Below are positions 57,668-64,000 of a stretch of DNA of 64,000 nucleotides, in pieces. The stretch is from the NCBI GenBank assembly GCA_964016885.1, contig OZ024741.1, positions 98,394,001 through 98,458,000 of the forward strand, in the 5' to 3' direction. This stretch comes from Eledone cirrhosa (Eukaryota). A program made the translations under genes and the position numbers. The notes under the pieces were generated by a model. That model was not told the DNA's origin. It was given only the letters and a program-made list of their open reading frames with translations, and searched no databases. How positions within the stretch are numbered: position 1 is the stretch's first letter; each line of letters starts with the position of its first letter.

Positions 57668-58123
57668 AAAATGTGATGTCTTTTTTTTTTGCGCTCCACA
57701 CTAGTCAAACTCTTTCAGGCATTTCACCGTTATGATTCGTGTGTTTAACAAAACTGACTGCAAATTATCGCCGCAGGTCATCACATGGAAATGTTTTGGA
57801 CAAGGGAACATATCATTTCTACACATATTTTTCAATGCATCTTGGGAGTCTTTGTATCAAATTTCCAGTATCAAATCAACCCGTGTTCTTTGTCATATAT
57901 TGGTGTAGAGTTAATAGTATTCTAATAATTTTCGGGAAGGATTTTCTGGGAGCATTGCAGAACCAAGACTTTTACTTCGTGGTTTTGATGAAGTCTTTTG
58001 ATTTTTGTGTTTTAGCCCACCGACGAACTACCAGGATTGTTCAAATGACTATATCAACCCCCTTAAAAATATTTGGATTTGTTCTGATAGATAGATAAAT
58101 AAATAGATAGATAGATAGATAGA

Positions 58124-58172
<49 letters not shown>

Positions 58173-58507
58173 TATTGTTGATGCATTGGTGTGAATAAAT
58201 TTATTTCGTCGTGACAAAAAAGTGAAGATTGTTTTGAGGTTAAACAAAAGAAAGGCATTTTACGATAAACTTGACAAGGCTCACAAAGAATTAACACCCA
58301 ATTAGATGTCTTTCCGTCTCCTCCCTAATTTCCTTATTTCTTTCTCGCACCTTTTTTTATTCCTTTCTCTCTTTAACTGTCTCTCTATTTCGTAATTTCT
58401 ATATATTCGTTATACCTTTTTGTCCTCTTCACCACATTTCCATTTCCATTCTCATTCCTTCTTACTCTCCCTCACTCTGTGTCACACACACATACAGATA
58501 TACATAC

Positions 58508-58591
<84 letters not shown>

Positions 58592-58597
58592 GTGTGA

Positions 58598-58654
<57 letters not shown>

Positions 58655-58810
58655 TACATATATATATGTATGTATGCATGTATGTATATACATATATACT
58701 TACATACATACATACTTACATACATACATTAACACACACACATAGCTTTCTGTGTTTCGGACTAACTTTATTCTGTGTATCTTCTCACTCTATCTCTTTA
58801 TCCCTCCCCC

Positions 58811-58913
<103 letters not shown>

Positions 58914-59948
58914 AATGTTGCACGTTCTATATATACCCACACTCTAAACAATGTCCCTCCCATCCCCTCTGCTAACAGCACGCCCTCCTGCTTGATCCAC
59001 TACTGTTAGCATTGAAAAGGTCAATTATGTAGGATTTAGAGTTGTCTAATGATACATACACCACTGAAGGAGCCAGATTAAATTGCTGCTCTCCAGCTAT
59101 TTAGTTTGGCTAAATCATTTTGTTGTAACTCTTCTTGTTCGTCATGTCAAAAAACGAATATTTCTCCTTTTTTTGTGTAGGGCTAAGGGTATAGGAGTTG
59201 TGGGTGGGTTGTAGCTGTTGTTATTCTATAGTATTAATTGTAGGCGATGTTGTTGGTCTTTATTGTTGCTGTTGTTAGTGTTGAAGTTGTTATTGTTGTT
59301 ATTGACGTTGTCTATGGTGTTTTTAACGGAATGATTTCTTTGCGAGTTATTGTTGCTGTTATTCTTCGTGTTCTTGCTACTATTGTTGTTGATGCTGTTG
59401 TTGTTGCTACTGTTGTTGTTGATGTTGTTGTTATTATTATTATCATCATTTTTTTGGCGGTGGGGGGGGGGGTTGTAAATTGTACTTTTTTTTATCATGT
59501 GTCTATTGAGTGTAGCTGAGACAAAAGTTTGTTGTTGAAAGCGTCACGGGGACATGTGATTATTTGTCAATTTATTTTGGGGAAGGACACAACGACAAGG
59601 AGGGGCCGACTGGCAGTTGTTCATACTCACACACATGTACATATATATATATATATATACATACATAAATATATGTGTGTGTGCGTGTGTGGTGTGTGAA
59701 TGGTTTTACATTCACATAATATATGTGTGTGTATATGTATATCTACATGTAAGTTAATTTATTTGTTTCGGAATCGTAGGGAGTTGTGAGGGGGTTGTGT
59801 AAGTAAGGACGGGGACCACTGTTTAGTTTCTTCACGAAAGGATATTCATAAAACATCACCATGTATTCACACTTAAAGAGACAAATGGAAAAAACCAAGC
59901 AGCACGATTTAAGGTGTCATTCTCTCTTTCCCTGTCTCTCTCTCTCAA

Positions 59949-60071
<123 letters not shown>

Positions 60072-60164
60072 AGAGTACATCCGCAAATCTTGATGGAGTA
60101 GTTGGGGTGCCATCGTGACGAACAACGTTTCTTGTGAATTTTAAAACTGGCGTTACCCATCCCC

Positions 60165-60370
60165 TCTCCAAGTATAGGCACAGACCATTTCTTCCGGAGA
60201 TAGCGACTATTAGAGGGGAAGGTGAGAAAGAGATATAGAGGAAGAATCTAACCCTGTACTCGACTGGTATATTTTTATCGACCTGAAAAGGATGAAAGGC
60301 AAAGTTGACCTCGAAGTGGTTTGAACTGGATTGAATACGGTAATGCATTCTCTCCCACATTCTAGCGAAT
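60165..60370 (-). mobile_element. Degenerate SINE
   Basis: TTTTATCGACCTGAAAAGGATGAAAGGCAAAGTTGACCTCGAAGTGGTTTGAAC. Confidence 0.8.
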
Positions 60371-60400
60371 GTGCCCATTCCTATATGTATAAAGATATAT

Positions 60401-60482
60401 ATACACACGCTAACAATCATATACATATATATATATATATGTATATGATTGTTAGCGTGTGTATTGGCAACCAATATTCTTT

Positions 60483-60522
<40 letters not shown>

Positions 60523-60541
60523 AAAGAATATTGGTTACCAA
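60401..60541. repeat. Two abutting (TA)n-centred palindromes
   Basis: 60401-60464 is a perfect 64-bp palindrome. 60464-60541 is a palindrome with one mismatch. Confidence 0.95.
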
Positions 60542-60639
60542 GACCAACAAAGAAAGAGTGACTTAAACAGTAAACCAATTATCGTTCAGAGCGGAGCCTG
60601 TAAGCAGTGGTATAACCGTGCAATATTATCTACGAAATA

Positions 60640-61790
60640 CGAAGATAATGAAGGCGTATGCCTAGTGTAGGTACATTCATTCCGGCGATCCTCGCTACAC
60701 TCACCCAAATTTCAGCAAATATCTTGAGGGGCAGCACTTCACTCCATTCAACATTCTTTCCAAAGGAAACTTAAAAACTGTGATGTGGGCTTAGTCTTCA
60801 GTCCTTTCATCCGCGTCCTTCACAAAACCTATTTCGCCACATAAACCAGAGGGATGCAAACAGCTTGCCTTCTCGCCCAAAAGAAGGTTGCAGGGTGATC
60901 TACACGATAGCCGGATCTGTCCTACATGTGACAATAGTTGTTCAACAAAACTCCATAAGTCAGCAATACCGTACATTGGACGAGTGTTTGCATGATGACT
61001 TCGTCGACACCCAGAGACTCTCCAACAGTGCCATCGCCCGTGTCCATCAATGGTCTTCTTATAAACACTAGAGTAGAATTTCCACTGACCGCATTTCTCG
61101 ATAGGTAGAGGGTTGTGTTTGCCTGACAAAATTCCAGGGACAAGATGCCTATTCTCAGCCTTCGCTTAACCCGCGAATATACATCAGTCAAAGAAACGTG
61201 CTGCAGAAAGACGTGCTTGACCAAGGGCGACCACACCTCTTCACCGTTTAGGAATATATGGAAATGACGTAACTTTAGGCCACGTTTGGCCATCATCAGT
61301 CACACCGTGCCCTTCCTCGCATAAAGTATGTTGGCAGGAAATAGACCACCTCATATGTAGAACCTGTCTTTTCTACTAAAAATGAAAGAACAAAAGCTCC
61401 AATCTTGGGCGGCACGGATTAGGGCAAGGCAGGACGGTCATGCAGTAATAAATGATAGACGCGAAGTTTGTGTTCGTCACATCCACCCGAAATGTCCGTC
61501 CATTTCTATGGAACCCTACCCCCATTCTTATTACCTCGTCCCTGTTCCTACCAAGCTGGAGGTCCCCCCTGCACCAAATCCGAGCAACTTCACAAGTCCG
61601 TCCATCCAGCGTCCAATAACGCTGTTGAACGTCATAGATTTGCCTCTCCAGGTGCTGAACTATAAATGCACCGACTTATCCTGGTTGATTTTTGCTCCCG
61701 TCAACTTTTCATATTGCTACAAAAAAGGTCCCGACCGCTTCGATTTCCAAGGTGTTCGATACCATCCCGGTGACATTTAGCGACTAACAA
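60640..61790 (-). pseudogene. L1/Tx1-like LINE ORF2 3' fragment
   Basis: VTGMVSNTLEIEAVG..QYEKLTGAKINQDKS..WRGKSM..VKLLG..IIYYCMTVLPCP..LKLRH..VWSPLVKHVF..RTRMKGLKT..WVSVARIA, with many stops and frameshifts. Confidence 0.75.
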
Positions 61791-61910
61791 CTCCGTTGCT
61801 ATCATCTTGGTCAAAATCATACATACACACACTCTCTCTCTCTCTCTCCCTCTCTCTCTCTGTCTCTCTCTCTCTCTCTCTCTCCCGGTCTCTCTCTATC
61901 TATCTATCTA

Positions 61911-61970
<60 letters not shown>

Positions 61971-62293
61971 TTCAAAATATTAATAAATGAGAAATATCAT
62001 AACCAAAGTATATATTTTATTATACATGTTTCAAATGTACAATGGTGTTTCAGTACGTTTTCATCAGATAAAATATATAAGAGATTGGATATGCGACATA
62101 CCGCTAAGGTACTTGAATCATCACTTCCTAAGACTTCGTTAATATAAGTTTATTTTTCATACCTCAAACTTTTCGGTTTGCATGAGATTTGTATATATTT
62201 ATATATATGAGTGTGTGTGTGTAATATATATATATACACGGGTGTGTATGATTGTGTATAGAAGATTATATATATTTATATGTATGAGATATG

Positions 62294-62324
<31 letters not shown>

Positions 62325-62333
62325 ATATATATA

Positions 62334-62425
<92 letters not shown>

Positions 62426-62469
62426 AACGAGTAGGACCCCGACGGCTGAGCTCAAACCGTTTCGACGGC

Positions 62470-64000
62470 TAATTTCCAACACTAACTTCCAGAAGCCTAC
62501 CAACCGTCTAATAACCTACAAATCAGGCGAGCACATAAGCCAGATTGACTTCCTGCTAGTTAGACAGCGAGACAAACAGATGGTGTCAAATACTAAGGCA
62601 TACCCGGGGAAGAATGAACCCCATAGCATAGGCTAGTCGTTAGTGACATCTCAGTAAGCAAGAAAAAGAATGAGACATACAGGAAGGTGTTGAAAAAAAA
62701 GGTCTGGAAGCTAAAAGACCTTTAACTAAAATATAAATTTAGCAAAGCACTTCAAGATGTGTACGACCAAAAAGAAGACGATTTAGAGTTGTTTGACAGA
62801 TGATAACTGGAATTTCTTGCGTGATAACTTACTGCAGGCTACCGAAGAAACTTATGGCTGGGGCAGATCTTCAACCAGCCAGAAAGTGACCTGGTGGTGG
62901 AACATCATGATAGATAGGTCCATTAGAGACAAAACACTGGCATGGAAGGCTTGGAAAAATGGTGGGTGTAGAGAATATACACAGCCACCTAGAGAGAAGC
63001 TAGATGTCAGGTGTACTTAGCACGCAGGGAGGCTGAGAGTAGGAGGTTTGCCAATGTTCTGCGACGGGAAGATCAGAGTGTACGGTGTTCCACATTGCAA
63101 GGCTGTCTATCAGTGCAAATCAGGATGTTGTTGGAGATAAGTCTGTCCGGAATGATGCCGGTGTACTTAGCGTCACGAATGATCAAAAAAAGGAGGCTTG
63201 GAAATGTCATTATGAGAGACTGATGAATGTGAAGAGCGAATGGGAGAGAGGAATTACCCCCAGTAGACCCGAGAGAGGGACCAGATATTGAGATTGACGA
63301 ATATAGGGTACAAGAGGCAATTAAGGAAATGAAGAATGGTTAGGCTGCTGGACCGTCGGGGATAGTTGTTGAGATGCTGAAGGCATCAGGAGAAGTAGGC
63401 ACTAAACTGGTTGCACGCATCATCAATCAAGCTATATATGGTTGTGTCATACCCAAAGACTGGTGCAGCAGTATTCTCATAAATTGCTACAAAAGTAAAG
63501 GGGATGCTCTGGAGAGGAGCAATTATAGGGGCATAAAGCTGATAGATCAGGTTATGAAAGTCGCAGAGAAAATATTAGCGCAACTGATTAGAGAAAGGGT
63601 CAAATTAGATGAGATGCAGTTTGGTTTTGTGCCTCAGAAAAAGAACAACAGATGCCCTCTTCTTAGTGAGACAACTACAAGAGAGGTTCTTAGAGAAGAA
63701 TAAGCCACTATAGCTTTTGTTCACCTAGAGAAGGCCTTTGATAGGGTACCCCGATCTGTCATCTGGTGGTCCCTAAGGAAACTAAGTGTAGAGGAATGGC
63801 TTGTGAGGACAGTGAAAGCTATGTACAGGGGTGCTGTCAGTAAAGTGAGAGTGGGAATGGAGATTAGTGAGGAATTCCAGATACAAGTAGGAGTACATCA
63901 GGTTTCGGTCTTCAGTCCACTCTTGTTCATTATAGTCCTCCAAGCCATAACAGAGGAGTTTAAGACTTGATGCCCATGGGAACTTCTCTATGCTGATGAT
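62470..64000 (+). pseudogene. RTE-clade LINE (APE endonuclease end plus reverse transcriptase), runs off the window
   Basis: [80 protein letters not shown], disrupted by stops and frameshifts. Confidence 0.95.

Overview
AT-rich, microsatellite-saturated eukaryotic DNA, either intergenic or deep intronic. The SINE families and dense (TA)n/(CA)n/(TACA)n arrays fit an octopod cephalopod, which is my inference from recognising repeat families. I can support no intact host protein-coding gene, and nearly all ORFs in the track are translated microsatellites. The recognisable coding remnants are all transposon-derived: at least four Penelope-like element (PLE) GIY-YIG/RT remnants, RTE-clade LINE fragments (one runs off the right edge at YADD), an L1/Tx1-like LINE fragment and an internally deleted mariner. 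There are also two non-autonomous Helitrons, a pogo/Tigger-type MITE and many SINEs. The strongest signal is 14 type I hammerhead-ribozyme folds from about 9 sequence families, found by eye. They sit in short PLE- or retrozyme-like units arranged as fold-back palindromes or partial tandems next to (TA)n arrays. Several share unusual features: a U.U at pair 10.1-11.1, very long structured stem II inserts, or a GGAA core. A second recurring signal is inverted duplication of flanking DNA centred on (TA)n tracts. All folds and alignments were done manually and coordinates may be off by a few bases.
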